Shown here: positions 1-12,879 of the stretch, piece after piece
How the letters are laid out: each line of letters starts with the position of its first letter
Position numbering within the stretch: the stretch's first letter is position 1
Source of the DNA: Isurus oxyrinchus
Lineage: Eukaryota
NCBI GenBank assembly: GCA_026770705.1
Contig: JANJGN010000033.1
Coordinates: 15,004,001 to 15,068,000 of the forward strand
Length of the DNA: 64,000 bases
Direction of reading: 5' to 3'
Translations under genes and position numbers: made by a program
The notes under the pieces: generated by a model
The model's input: the letters and a program-made list of their open reading frames with translations, nothing else
The model's database searches: none
Told to the model about the DNA's origin: nothing

Positions 1-854
1 TCCTGGTTTTTGCACCTCTCACGTATATTAATGGTACATCCACACTTAGTGACTTAATATCAATCAAAATGCTGTTCTATAGAATTATACCTGTGATTTC
101 CCCTCTGTCGCTTATAGCTATAAAATGTTTCCAATCAGGTTGACTTGTCCCCATACACCTTCAAAATTGCTTTTATCGTATTATTTCCAAACTTACTATG
201 AGTATTGTCATAGTTTATGCCTCAACCACTAAACTTTGGAACTGAATTCCACGGTCTACAACTTCTATTTGCGAAACTGCTTATCCACTCGTTGTTTGGC
301 ATATGTTACATTTAAAATTGTGTCAATCACATTTTGTCTTGACATCTCCATCAATTGGCGAAAAATTCTGTTATCTACCTTCCCACATTTTTTCATAATA
401 GTAAATATTCCTGGAATGCCATTCTGCACTATGTTCTATGTTATATTCTTCTACTCAAGTTTACAGTTTAAAGATGAGCATGAATCTGTTATTCCTCAAA
501 CATATCACGGACTCTTCATGCTCACTTTGTCATGAGACCCAACTCCTGCTGTCTCAGATTTATTCCGACAGAATATCAATCACACATTTTCGCTTTCTGG
601 CCCCATGTTCCCTGATGTGGTTTCGGTTCTGTCTCCTCAGGCACTCCACCCCCCAACCAACCCTGTGTCGCATCGTTTAAATCTAATTTCTGCACCCCCC
701 TCATCAAAAGTGCCGCGAACACAGAGTGCTGGCAAGCTACTGTCACGTTTCCAACTTTACATTTCTCATCAACGTATTGTCAAAGTCGAAAACCGCGGAC
801 ATCTTTCCCGCAACTTCCTGCCTAAATTACTCCAGTTTTCTGCACCGTTACGCT

Positions 855-1995
855 CAGTAGCAATGTTACAACTTGCATCTTATGTCGCAATGGCACCACG
901 CAGCTCCGCACCTCCATCCCTTAGCCCAAAGGATCTAGCCTCCAGTACCCCGCATTTTACATGTACTTTCTTCTACTCAGATCGGAAGTCAAATAAGGGT
1001 ACAGGAGATTCAGAGCTGATCTGTTCGAGAAGAGTGATGTGTTATTCATCCAATAGGTTGAACAGAGAGAAATTTCATTTCTCTGGTGGGGGAATTGGAA
1101 TGAATGGAACCACTTGCATGCTGACCATACCCGGCTCGACCACACCACTAACTCCTCCCGGAGCATTGATGTCTACACATTGAGAGATTGCTCCTCCAAT
1201 ATCCTGTGCCGGTTGAGCAGACATTTCATCAAACGGAATATTAGAAGAAGCTAGATGATTATTTTTGTGTTCCACAACAATGTGATTTCCCTGGACATCG
1301 ATTACAATATCTTCACTAGCTATTTCATTCGCCTGAACCACATTTTGTACCACTTGCTGTCCTCTTCAGCACCAAAATACCTATTCGTGTCATTTCTAAG
1401 TCACTCCATCATATCGGCCAGCTCCACCCCGCCTCAGATAATCTGGTGTTGAAACACTTATCCATGAGTTTGTTACCTATAAGCCAGATTATTCCACTCA
1501 TTCGATATTATAATGTTCCACTCTTCAGAATCTTAACATCATGAAAAAGTGAACTCCGCATTTTATCTCGCACCAAACCCCGTTTATCCATTATCCCTGG
1601 GCTCGCTGTCTTATATTAGCATTTGCCTGAGCAACACAGCGGCTTAAAATTCCTACCCTTTGTTTGAAATGTCCAAATGCTCCCTCACCTCCTTAATAGT
1701 GTAAACAACGACAGACCTACAACACTCTGAGATCTGTATTATTATTCCCAAACTGTCTCCTTGTGCATCCCTGTTTTTGATGGGCGAGCAATTGTTTCCC
1801 TCCTTAAATCTCCCCACACCGCTATTTCCTCTTTTATATCGTCCTCGAAACGTGCCACTTTGAGAGAACGCAGTTAAGCATCTACATTGATACCTCGTTT
1901 TAACGTTTGTTGTCAAATTTCAATTGATTGCAGTGCTGCTTATCTTGGGATGTTTTGGAAACAGGTGCCAGATAGATGCGAGTTGTTGTTGTTGT
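855..1995. mobile_element. Decayed L2-like LINE fragments, with an L2-type 3' tail ending in (GTT)n
   Basis: Tail 'cttgggatgtttt...tagatgcgagttgttgttgttgtt' at ~1945-1995. No intact RT ORF. Mirrored at ~27370-28330. Confidence 0.5.
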
Positions 1996-3519
1996 TGAAT
2001 GCCAGTAGCGATTGTAAAGGGAAACACGATTTTTTTTATCACCTCCTGTGCAACGGTCTCGAATTCCCCTCTCAGTTCGGGAACTGCTATCCCCTATTCA
2101 GGAGAAAATGTCGCCACCACAGGAGAAGCCTGAACAATTCAATTATTTTTTGGAAATGAATGTGACGGGAATTAAATACCAATATTTCGGGTGAGCGATT
2201 TGAAACCGAACAAAGTATTTTTCTTTTTCTCCTTCCATAGAAAGTTAATGTAATTCATTTCCGTCTGCAGCGTTATCATTCTAAAATAATTGTTGGTGTT
2301 TCTCATAAGTGATCATCTAGCGACTTACAATTTTCAATTCAGAGTTTATGTTGTTTATGACAAACTCCAGTCTGACAAATTTTTATTCTTTAATAATGCG
2401 GTTGTTTCCCGCTCAAAGTCAGCTGTCGATGGCAAATAGCATCCTCCTTACAGCGAAGCCGGCACCCTGCTCCTCCTTTTTCTCTGATTCACTCCCTTGC
2501 TAGATAAACATGTGTTGTTCTTTTCTTCAGTGGCCAATTCTTAGCGAGCTTTGTCTTTCGCAGGGAAGATGTGTCAATGTTCAGTCTACCAAATTCCATG
2601 TCAATTATAGCCAACGTGTGCGTCTTATTGACCAGTTATAAAAATATGTGAATCCCGCGGGCATTTTCTGATGTTCCAGACTGCCAGTTGGAGATCTCAC
2701 GTCTTCTTTCTTTACATGTGTTCTCTTTATTTGCCTGTGCAATTGTTTTGATCCACTGTTGAGCAGCAACTCTTACTCCCAAGCACCCTTTGAAGTAGGT
2801 GGAGCTTGGGATCATCAGCAACTTAGAGCCGGGAGCTGGCCGATTTGACGTGATGCTGCTTGATCAGTGACACACTGTACTCCCCGCTACAGCTGGGGAG
2901 AACCTGTAACCCCCGTGCAGGTTGGGCTGATGAGTCCAATGAGTCTAATTTCCGTGTTTTGTTAATGCTCTGAAGCAAAACCGAAGTCTGCAAAATACAT
3001 GGAGAACCTTGGCTGCCAGAACGTGCGGTCTGGACTCCCGACCTCCCAGGATGGATACAAGGAAAACAAAACATTATATTTGGCACTGGTTTAGTTGCAG
3101 CGGCTGCCAGAGTGTTGACATATTTAGTCATCACGCTCGTTTTGGACTCCAAACGCGATTTTCATATCATTTACGTCCTTAGTCTTTAACTTGCCCACGG
3201 AATCCACAAGTCAGTGGCGCTATTCACCCACATATCGGAGTTTAGTTCATTAGTGTCAGCATCTCCTGTAACCAAGCAGCACGAGTTTTGCTTCTCTTGG
3301 CCAGAACTTTACCCTTGGTGGGCATGCGCGATTGGTTTCCCGGGACCGGTCGGCTATGGTCCCCGACTACGATTGGCCCTTAATTTCATGCTGGTTGATC
3401 AATTAAAGTCCGCCGGAAGTAAAACGCTTCTTCCGAATGGTGCGGCATGGACTGGTCCTGTTTATAGCTGGGTCCAATGGTCAGCAGATGGGCAGTTTAA
3501 AATTTGAACATGCATCTTC

Positions 3520-5150
3520 TTGAACACTGGTGCAGGAAGAATCATATATTCTGCGTTTGGGAGAGGGGAGCTCCCAGTGGTTGCTGGGGCCGACATGTGG
3601 GAAGAGAGTTCGGGTGGGCACTCGACCACTGTCACACGGAGGTCTTGCTGGAGGTGGTGTCCAGGTAGGATGACGTCAGAACTGGCCAAGTGTGTGAGGC
3701 CTGGCTGCGTGCTCTAAGTGCCTTGCGAGTGAAGGCCCAAGATCTGAATTTTTCCAGTGGGGTGCTCCTCAATTGGTGTTGGCCAAGCTGCAATCGTGCT
3801 CTAGGTAATCATTGGGCAAATCAATGCTCCTCTTTCCTTTCAGGAGAAGATGTGCCATATCCACATTGTGAATTCAGGGGCGGCAGGCGCCACGCAAACT
3901 TTCCAATCTCGACCTTATTTGAGCAGGAGGCTGGGAGCTGGAGAGATGCCACACGCCTTGGTCTACTGGTTGTGCAGAGACTGGGGTCTCCAACAAAGAT
4001 AACAGTGTAGTGCATAGAGGTGTGAATGGGAATTGTGCAAGCATTTCATTGATCGGATTCTTAAGCCTGGTCGCCCCATTGACCATTGAAAACAATGGCA
4101 CCATTACACCAATCTCTAAAGTCTCACCAGGGTGCTTGATATGCACAATGGCAGAGCGTTGAATTAAAGTAATGACATGTCGCTGTTCTCCCTTAGATTT
4201 TCCAGCATGGACTTATTCGCAAGAACGTGAAGAAACACCCATGACACCACAGGGCTTCAGCTGCACCTGCGTCGCAGCCATACACTGAACCAGGCAACAG
4301 TGCAGATACAGCAACCTTTTTGGGCGTCAGATCTTCAGCTAGAATCTCGATGCACAGTGGTGAGGGCAATCCCAATTGTTTGAGGTGCAGGCAGAAGCAG
4401 AGAGTACTCTGGGCGCCAGCAGTCGGAGGACTGCTGGAGTCCAGGACGCTGCTGAGTCGAAGGCAATGATAATTCCCTGGAGTCGTCCACTAGGAGGCAG
4501 ATGTTGCATGCCCAATATGATGATTGGGAAAATCTGTTAGAGATCCATCTGGGTATGCGTGCCATTGTCCTTGTGGAGTCCATGTGGGGCATGAAAATTT
4601 AATTGGCACTCATGACCGAACATACAGTCTCCTCCATTGAGTGAGTGAAGACTCTCGTGGAGAGGCTGCTCCAGGGACAGAATCAAATGTTCCTTGGGTT
4701 ACACAGGCAATTACCTCAGGTAGTCGATGTCATTGTTGGAGATGGATGGGGCACCCAGAACCACAGCTAGGTGCCCATCCGTCAATGGTGAGTAGGGGGG
4801 TTCAGGATGACCTCACTTCAGCACACAAGCATCTTGCCATCTCTGCTGGCACTTCTCAGGGCACTCTGGATGATGGCAGCAGCGCTGCCAGAACCATGCC
4901 AGTGATCTTGGCAAATGATGATGTTGGGATGGCTGGGGAAATGGCAGCTGTGGCAGTGGTCGCTGCCCCCCAGGCTGGGCCAACACAGGCTCCACTGACC
5001 AGAGGACGAGCCCTAAGGTCATCTAGGTCGACAGGACAGCATAGTCAGCAGGCTGCCAACAATGCCCCGGCCAGCAAAGGGGCGGATGGTAGGGGTGGGA
5101 GTTGGCGTGCACCACTGTGCAGCACTCATAAACGTACATTTAAGGCGCCA
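3520..5150 (+). pseudogene. Harbinger second gene (Myb/SANT-like DNA-binding protein) remnant
   Basis: VLLEVV..CEAWL-type N-terminal fragment near 3640-3740. Low-complexity C-terminus ending ..PLCSTHKRTFK in ORF 4641-5189. Convergent with the transposase. Confidence 0.45.
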
Positions 5151-5381
5151 TGTTCACGTGTGACCCTTTGTTTTGTCATACACAGTTGATAGATTTACAG
5201 GGGTGGAAATAATCATCAGAGATGGAATGTTACTTTGCCTTGATTGTTAATATTATACAAGATTTACTTTTAACCTAATGGCCTGAGTTTGATTCAGCTT
5301 TTATTTTTGATTCAGAACTTGCCAGGTTTTAATACTGGAGGTTCCAGTCTTCTAAACTTTATAGTACAAGCACTGAGTGCA

Positions 5382-6430
5382 TTATGGGTTCAAATGAAAG
5401 GGGCAGCTCGGTAATCTGGGATTGAGGCAGTACCACTGGCATGAGAAGGACACAGATCGTTGGCAGCTTGGCTGAATGAGTTTTAGATCAAGGCATCTCT
5501 GGTGTCCCTGCCTCCCTTCAGGATAGAGAGGTGTGCCTCTCACGCTCTCAGCTGTCTCCTCACCGTACTCCTCTTCTGACACACTACTGGGCTCATCCGT
5601 ATGCCCCGTGGGAGGTGCCTCATTATTCATTTTCCTTAGTGGACCCTGCATTTCCCATGCCCGATTGTGGAGAGCGCAGCATCAAAATACTATCAGTGCC
5701 ACCCGCTCTGGACACATTGTAGTGCACCCATTTAACTGTTCAGGCATCGAAAGCGTCTCTTCAGAAGACCTATTTTCTTCCCTTTCTCCGCCATTGTGGA
5801 GGCATTTCTCCAATAATAACACTGATCTGCCTCTGATTCTGGGTGGAAGAGGGGCGTCATGAGCCGTCTTTTAAACAGATAGCCCTTGTCACCCAGCAGC
5901 CATCCATCTAGTCAGGCTGGAGCACTAATTAGCCTAGGCAGCTGGGAGTGTCTGAGGATTTGAGCGCCATGGAAGCTGTCAGGATACTGCGCCCAGCATG
6001 CAGCATAGCATCTTTTGGTGACAAAGTGCTTGCATGGTAATCTAGTGGAATCCCGTCATCTGGACGAATGCACCCAAATGAACAGCTGGCCACTTGATGG
6101 CCACATGTGTGCATTCAATTGCACCCTGGATGCATCGCTAGAAAACCTCTGGCTTGCTCAGTGGAAAATAAATAAAGGTTGGCATCCGCCTGTACAGAAT
6201 ATCTGTCACCAGCTTGCCAAAACAGTGGACAGCTCATTCAGAGGCCCCACACAGGCCCCCACTGACCGCTGGAAACACCAGAGGCATAGTTGTTGAAGGC
6301 CACTGTAACCTTCATGTGCTTTCTACCTAGACAGTTGGATGTGATCTCAGGGCCAATAATATGACAAACGGATTTTGCAATCCTGGAAAGTTGGAGCATC
6401 CTACGGCATTGCACCTCAGACATTCTAAGG
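5382..6430 (-). pseudogene. Harbinger (HARBI1-like) DDE transposase remnant, frameshifted
   Basis: Minus-strand translation gives MSEVQCRRMLQLSR..KVTVAFNNYASG (6238-6423), QGAIECTHVAIK (~6095-6128), GWLLGDKG (5881-5905) and SGG (~5700), in broken frames. Confidence 0.8.
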
Positions 6431-7479
6431 TAGCTGCATCACTGCCTCTAAAACCCTAGCATTAGTGGAGTAATCTGTGGCCCCTTCCCCTTTGGACTAC
6501 CAGCAGGCCTTGTGCCCCTTGTGCCTGCTCCTGTCCTCCCACAGGTCGCTCCCCTGGAAGCTGTATTGGGTCACCTGGCCTCCTCCTCCTTCTGCACTTC
6601 TCTCCCTACTCAGATGTAGTCCCTTCAGTGGAGAGCACAATCTCTATTACCAAGCTTACAGGTGCCTGCCTGATACCTGAAAGGGCATGCTAGGTGAAAA
6701 TACTTTGCGTTTCTTGGAGGCACCAACGAATCCTGAACTGAAGTCTCGAAATGCTAACTCTCAAGCTCCGAACTTACATGAAACTGTCAAGTTCCAATAA
6801 GCAACCAGCAATAAAATATCCACGAAACTCCTCACTGTTCGCAATCGCAATTCGGCTGAATCTTAATATCTCATCCTTGAAAAATTTTGCAAAATGTGGG
6901 CTGCCTGCAATGTGAAAAGGGGATCTTGCGAGCAAGGTGAAATCGGGATCTATTGTATTTTTAATGGCCCTAAGTGGTCGGGACAGCCATTACACCAGTG
7001 CATGTGCACCAAGTAAAGAAACGCACAAGCCCGATGAAATCGGGACAATCGCCCGACAACATCTTGCCCGAATTTACTGCTGAGCAGGTTATGCACGTGC
7101 CCGCCCATCGGAAGTAATATCCTGTTTTGATTAGCAGCTATGCTTTCATTTCTGAAGGTTCAGTACAAGTGTTCATGGGGCTGTTTATATTCAGGAAAAG
7201 CAGCCTGTTGGTCGAGTTCAAATACATATCCTTTATGATCCATTTTCGCTGAAAGCAGGATGCTTCACCAGTAATGGTCTTACAGACCAATCTGACACTT
7301 CATCTAATCATCTGAACCATTTTTCTCCACCACCCTGTAATAGACTCACAAAACTCAGGTGAATACCCCATTTACTTCCGGTAAATTACAAATGCACCAT
7401 CTCCATACTATTGACACACTTCCTACATTGCAGTGCCAAGAACTAAATACAACTCATTTCCCTAGCTCTCTAATTAAAT

Positions 7480-8950
7480 AAAATGATGGTTGATTATTTG
7501 CAGAAAATCCACCTTGTCAAAAAATTCCATTCTTCCCTAACACCGTTCCTCCCGAAAAATCGATCAACCACTGGCTCGAATATGCTCAATGACTGTACAT
7601 CCACGTTTCTAATTTGGAGACAATTTCAAGGATGAGCAACACTGAGAGAGAAAAAAAATCTCACACCTAAACGACTGACCACTTATTCTGACACTTATCT
7701 CATGTTCTATGTACCACATGTAGGGGGAAAAAAATCTCAACACAAATTCCTTAAACTTCTAATGTGTTTTAATAACATCAATTCACATTCATCTTTATTG
7801 CAACAACAATAAGCTCATCGAATCAATCGCTCTTCATATCACAATCATTTCATAACAAAGTTCAATATATTCAAACGTTCTTGCACTCGCTCTGGAGAAA
7901 CTATTCCTTCCTTTCGATAATAAGAACACAACAGCTCAGCGTACTCCAGGTGTGGATTAACCAATTACTTGCATAAATGTATTAAGGTTTTCTTATATTT
8001 CTCCTCGTCTTATGTTTCGATTTTAGATTTCCAGCATTAGGGGAATTTGGTTTTCATTGACTCCTATACTCTATCAATTTGTAACTGAAGCTAACATGTA
8101 ATTTAACTTCCTAAAGGGCTGCTGTACATGCATATTAATTTAATGAAATTAATGTTCAAGATGACCCAAGCTGCTCTTAGTTCATTAAAATTGTCAGTCT
8201 CCCACAATTCTAAAACATTATACGTTTGTGCTTTTCCTACATTATCAGATATCATTACAATTCACCACATTACATTCCATCTGCCATGTTCTTCCCAACT
8301 CTACCAACTTGTCCATATTCCACAGCAGCCTCTTTGCTCCTAGGCACCACATATTTTCGCGACAATTGCCCCCAAAATTCATCATCATCGAAGTTGGGTA
8401 GTGATCCATTTAATCTTCCCAACTAAAATATTAACATGGCTTGTCAACAGCTTTTTTTTGGTGGGGGTGGCGGGGGGTTGGGGGGTGGTATCAGTCTCGA
8501 TATCGGCTTCCAGACTGGAAATATCCCAATTTTTTCAACGTTTTGTTTACTGTTTGTTAGAAATGCCCAGTCCATGGCAATATCTTAATCTCAATGCCCT
8601 GACACTTAATGTTGTACATTAACGGACTGTGTGGTACCTTCTCGTATGTTATTTCATACAAAAATCCAATAAAACACTCTAAACCCAGATGTACATTTAA
8701 TTTACATGTATCTTGACAATCCCTCCAAGATTTGTTAAACGTGATTTCACTTTCATAAAGAGTGCATACTCATGCTCCAAGTTTCTATGTACCCTGTTAG
8801 ATCTTCCTTAATAACCAAATCCAGTAATTAGTCTGTTACTGATGTTAAATCACTGCCTTCTATTTCCCATTTTCTCCAATCCAACTCAGGTGAATCCCAC
8901 GTTCTTTGTTACCTTATAATCCTTGCGAGCTGTTCTGGAATCTAAATAAT
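7480..8950 (-). mobile_element. Heavily decayed CR1 LINE in the GPCR intron
   Basis: CR1-type antisense phrases such as 'tactccaggtgtgg', 'aaacgtgatttcactttcataaa' and 'ttactgatgttaaatcactg'. Confidence 0.55.
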
Positions 8951-8997
8951 TGACGTAGCTTCATAACTGATTCTCTCCATTTGGTTATCTTTTACAG

Positions 8998-9929
8998 CCA
9001 ACTTGATAACGATTGTGATACTTTCCCGTAGAAAGTGTGGTCTCTCCACATGTATCACTCGGTACTTGGTGGCCATGGCAGCGGCAGATCTCCTGGTCGT
9101 TATCAATTATGTGATATTGACTCGAATTGTGGAGTCTTCTTTTGCGACTAATTTTATGTTCATTACTCCTGTTTGTTCTTTACAATCTGCCTTAAATTCT
9201 GCTTCCACCGACATCTCTGTTTGGTTTGCAGTCACTTTCACTTTTGATCGCTTTGTTGCCATTTGTTGCCAGAGGCTGAAGACTAAATATTGCACTCAAC
9301 GAACTGCAACCACCGTCATAGGATTTATTTGCCCAATTTTCTGCTTAAAGAACATACCCTGGTACTTTGCATATGAAGCCACATTTATTACTGACAACAC
9401 ACCATGGGGTTGCAATAGAAAAGTTGATTATTATATTGAAAATTCTTGGACAGCGTTTAATTGGATTCACCGATGCTTGACGCCACTGATTCCAGTATTT
9501 TTGATATTGCTCTTTAATGCTCTGACTGTAGGACACATTTTGGCAGGACGTTGGGTAGGGAGCAGTCTGAGGGCCAGGCAGAATTATAGGGATCGAAATG
9601 ATCCAGAGATGAAGAAGCAGAGAAAATCTGTCATCCTGCTCTTTGCTATATCTGGCGAATTCAGGCTTCTCTGGGTAACTTATGTAATATATTTCTTGTT
9701 AATCCGCATTACAAACTATTATTATTCAAAAGGTTTCTATGACCCAATGCATATCGCAGATGAAACCAGTCATATGCTCCTACTTCTGAGCTGCTGCACT
9801 AACACATGTATTTATGCAGTGAGCCAGACTAATTTTAGAGAGCAGTTTACAAATGCGATCAAACATCCAGTGAAAATAGTGCTTACCTTAATAAAACAAA
9901 GAGAGAAAGGGAATGATTACCAATATTAG
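8998..9929 (+). CDS. GPR139-like class A GPCR, main coding exon (exon 2; TM1 second half to C-terminus), open frame
   Basis: Polypyrimidine tract and acceptor 'ttatcttttacag|CC AAC TTG' (phase 1, (A)NLITIVILS). 308-codon ORF with LVAMAAADLL (TM2), CS..FDRFVAIC (TM3), FLILLFN (TM5), LLWVT (TM6) and LLSCCTNTCIY (TM7). Exon 1 not confidently found. Confidence 0.88.
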
Positions 9930-10285
9930 ATCAGCAGTGTATCTCTTGCTTTATGATAGTTTGTTTTCATATTTCACGTGTCCTCAACAGAGTTCATCGC
10001 TTTGCAAAATTTTGCACACATATCATCAGAGATAATCAACAAATGTGTGCTTTCCTGTACAATTGACAGTTATCAAAATAACTGATATAATTTCTATTAT
10101 AGGTTATTTTACTGGTTGGTGATTAACTCCGTTATGTCACATTTCGAGACAGAGAAAGACGAACCGTATCTTCTGACTGTTATGTGTAGACAATAAATGA
10201 AAAGAAAAAAAGAATAAAAGGAATGAAACAAGAGAAAATGAAGATATCATTGAACAAATAAACCAAATTATCTATTTATATATAT

Positions 10286-11010
10286 TGACATGATCCTGAA
10301 CAACACTCCCAAATTTTTCGCAGAATCCGGTTAAGGACCAGTAACTTTAAAAAGAAAAACTAGCCGAACGTTGAGGTCGAAGGTATTTGATCAGAATAAG
10401 GCCACAAAATTCCAAGGTTGTTGACAAATGAAATTAATTTTACTATGCAAACTCAGAAAAATAAAACAACTTGCACTGTTTATCTGAGACACTTGCATTC
10501 AGCGTTAACATGAGCTACATGTGAATAAACAGGCAAACTGTGATCAAACACGCCTACCTGCATAATAAATATCAGATGCAACTAAGACAGATCCTACAGA
10601 TTTCTCAGCAAACCACCCAGTCGTCTGTATGCATAGTGAGTTACAAAATCTCCTTAAACTTATGTCTCCTTCACAAGGGGTTCCATATTCTTCATTTCGT
10701 AGGTCTGGTCTCTGGATTCCCCAAGGCCAGTTTTGGCTTGGACTGCCTCAATGGCTGCTCAACTCCCAGGATTTTTCTCTTTTCTGCTGAGGCCATGTTC
10801 CCCTGAAATTCCGAGTCTGTAGTCCAGCCTCCACTCATTGGCAGAATTTTACCGCTTTGCTAAGACAGCTAGCTTCGCCATGCACGCACTACCCCTAGGT
10901 TTCTCCGCATTCCGGTTTCCCGGCAGTTACCCAGCTAAATATGCAAGTCATCTCCTGAGACCGAACATTAGCAGCACAGAGCCATTGACCTTCAGCCACC
11001 TGATGTAACA
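10286..11010 (-). mobile_element. LTR-like remnant, inverted-duplicate partner of 15290-16403
   Basis: 'ccctgaaattccgagtctgtagtccagcctc' (10801-) is the reverse complement of ~15863-15893. Terminus 'tgacatgatcctg' matches 'caggatcatgaca' at 16391-16403. Confidence 0.5.
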
Positions 11011-11139
11011 AGTGTTGAGACATGCACATGCGCATATGTCTGTGCATTCAGGCACACACACATATTCACACCTATTGATAGGCGGACGGCGTATAGACGG
11101 ACGGACAGATGGACGGACGGATGTACGGATGAATGGATA

Positions 11140-11298
11140 TTTAGAACAGAAAGTGCTGGAAAAACTCCGCCTCTTCAGAGCTCCCAAGAAGTGTCATAGA
11201 GATTTGACACGTTATCTCGATATCTCCTGCCACAGATGATGTCAGACCTGATAAGTTTTCCCAGCATTTTCTGTTTTTATTTTAGATTGCCAGAGTCT
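11140..11298 (+). mobile_element. Degenerate Penelope-like pLTR fragment with a partial inverted arm
   Basis: 'aacagaaagtgctggaaaaactc' at the left pairs imperfectly with 'aagttttcccagcattttctgtt' at the right. Same family as 17221-17453. Confidence 0.6.
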
Positions 11299-11456
11299 NN
11301 NNNNNNNNNNNNNNNNNNNNNNNNNNNNNNNNNNNNNNNNNNNNNNNNNNNNNNNNNNNNNNNNNNNNNNNNNNNNNNNNNNNNNNNNNNNNNNNNNNNN
11401 NNNNNNNNNNNNNNNNNNNNNNNNNNNNNNNNNNNNNNNNNNNNNNNNNNNNNNNN
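11299..11456. other. Assembly gap (158 N)
   Basis: Run of N characters. Confidence 1.
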
Positions 11457-11975
11457 ATAGATGGATTGAAAGATAGATTGATAGACACTCAGACAGGCAG
11501 ACAAACAGAAAGACAGAAAGATAGATAAACGAACGGACCGACAGACAGGATGTGTGGATGGGCAGATTGATAGATGGACGGAAAGGCGGATGGATGGAAG
11601 GATGGGCGAATGGATGGATGGTACTGCACATTAACAGCATGAAGAGTTTTTGTCCTGAAAATTGCCCAGTCTATTTCAGATTTGCCTGAAAATTTATTCT
11701 TGTACCCAATGCCCTTGTTAATAAATCCTAAGGCACTATATGTTTTCTTAACTGCTCTCTCAACATGTACTACAATATTCAGTGACCTATGAATGCATGC
11801 GTCTCCTCTGTTTCTGCACCTCCTTTAGATGGTCTCCCTTTATTTTACACTCTGACCATATTTTCTTTTCCTGGCAGAACGAATCACCTCACGCTACCCT
11901 GTATTACATTCTGCCTGGTATATTCTTCATGCCAGTGCCTAACCAATGGAAGTCGACTTGTCAACCAATTAGCTA

Positions 11976-12838
11976 TTTCTACTCATGTTGATTTTCTCAA
12001 TGAATCCAGCAAAACAAAAAGTAAAATTTTGTTTCAATAATTTCTGCAACCATACAGTGGTAATTTTCCCAATCTTCAAAGCTTTATTTCTATCCGGAAG
12101 ATGCTCCACTTTGGAGTCAACAAAGAAAATAATGGTGACCAAGCGACAACATGGAAAAAAAATGATTCACAAGTGGGCCATTATCCTGATAGCACTCGGG
12201 TGTACTGTCGATTCAAGTCGATTTTTCTTCTCTTCTTTGACTATATTTCGAAGAAAAATCATCGGCATTAGATTGCCTGTGAGCGGGTGCAACTGAGACT
12301 TTGGAAGAGATAAAATTTCTTGTTTGGACGTTGACACTCTTCTGCAGCTGTTAATACTGCTAGGTTGAGAAAACTGTTTAGTAAGGAGCCGTATGCCATT
12401 TCTGGGAAGTTACCGAGTAATTGTAGTGGTGGTATTTGACCTTTTGTTCCTTTGAACTTTTGGAGAATTGGAGTTTCACTCCTTCACATGCTTCTTGATC
12501 ATATTGGTCTTATTCAAATTGTGGGCTCACAGTCTATCAGAGTAACATTGGAATAAAGGCCTATCTTTGTTTTAACCACTGTGTAATGTGTAACAAATAT
12601 TGAATTTGATATGACAAAATTATAGTACAAAAATAAGTTAAAATATCTCTTTTCAAGAATCGTTTTTTCCATGTTAACGTTTGGTCACTATTCTTTTGTG
12701 TGTTGACTCCAAAGTGGTGGCTCTTCCGGAATACAAATAAAGGTCTGAAGATTGCAAACATTGAACATGGATTTAAGGAGACAAAATTTCGCTTTTTATT
12801 TTGCTGGATTCATTGAGAAAATCACCATGAGCAGTATT
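11976..12838. mobile_element. Non-autonomous TIR DNA transposon with ~190-bp terminal inverted repeats (superfamily uncertain, Tc1/mariner-like)
   Basis: 'ctcatgttgattttctcaatgaatccagcaaaacaaaaag' (11982-12021) mirrors 'ctttttattttgctggattcattgagaaaatcaccatgag' (12792-12831). Similarity continues inward: ccactttggagtcaaca at ~12106 versus tgttgactccaaagtgg at ~12701. Confidence 0.8.
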
Positions 12839-12879
12839 AATGTTCGAGTATGAAGCATTGCTGAGAAGAAAAAGAAATG

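Larger units (their letters stand above)
3299..7126. mobile_element. Degenerate PIF/Harbinger DNA transposon with two convergent genes
   Basis: GC-rich block with imperfect terminal inverted similarity (cagaactttacc..tgggc at ~3302 versus gcccatcggaagtaatatcctg at ~7103-7124). Transposase motifs on the minus strand and a Myb/SANT-like partner remnant on the plus strand. Confidence 0.75.
11085..11620. repeat. Compound GACG/GATG/GATA microsatellite, interrupted by a Penelope-type terminal fragment and an assembly gap
   Basis: Tetranucleotide runs visible at 11090-11140 and 11457-11620. Confidence 0.85.

Noticed and set aside
605-1183. 192-aa ORF on the plus strand
   Set aside because: No recognisable domain. 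It lies in LINE remnants, and the mirrored copy at ~28000-28330 does not preserve it.
4641-5189. 182-aa Ala/Gly-rich ORF as a host gene
   Set aside because: It lies inside the Harbinger element and is best explained as decayed transposon sequence.
11236-11640. ORFs containing long X runs
   Set aside because: Artefacts of the N gap and the flanking microsatellites.
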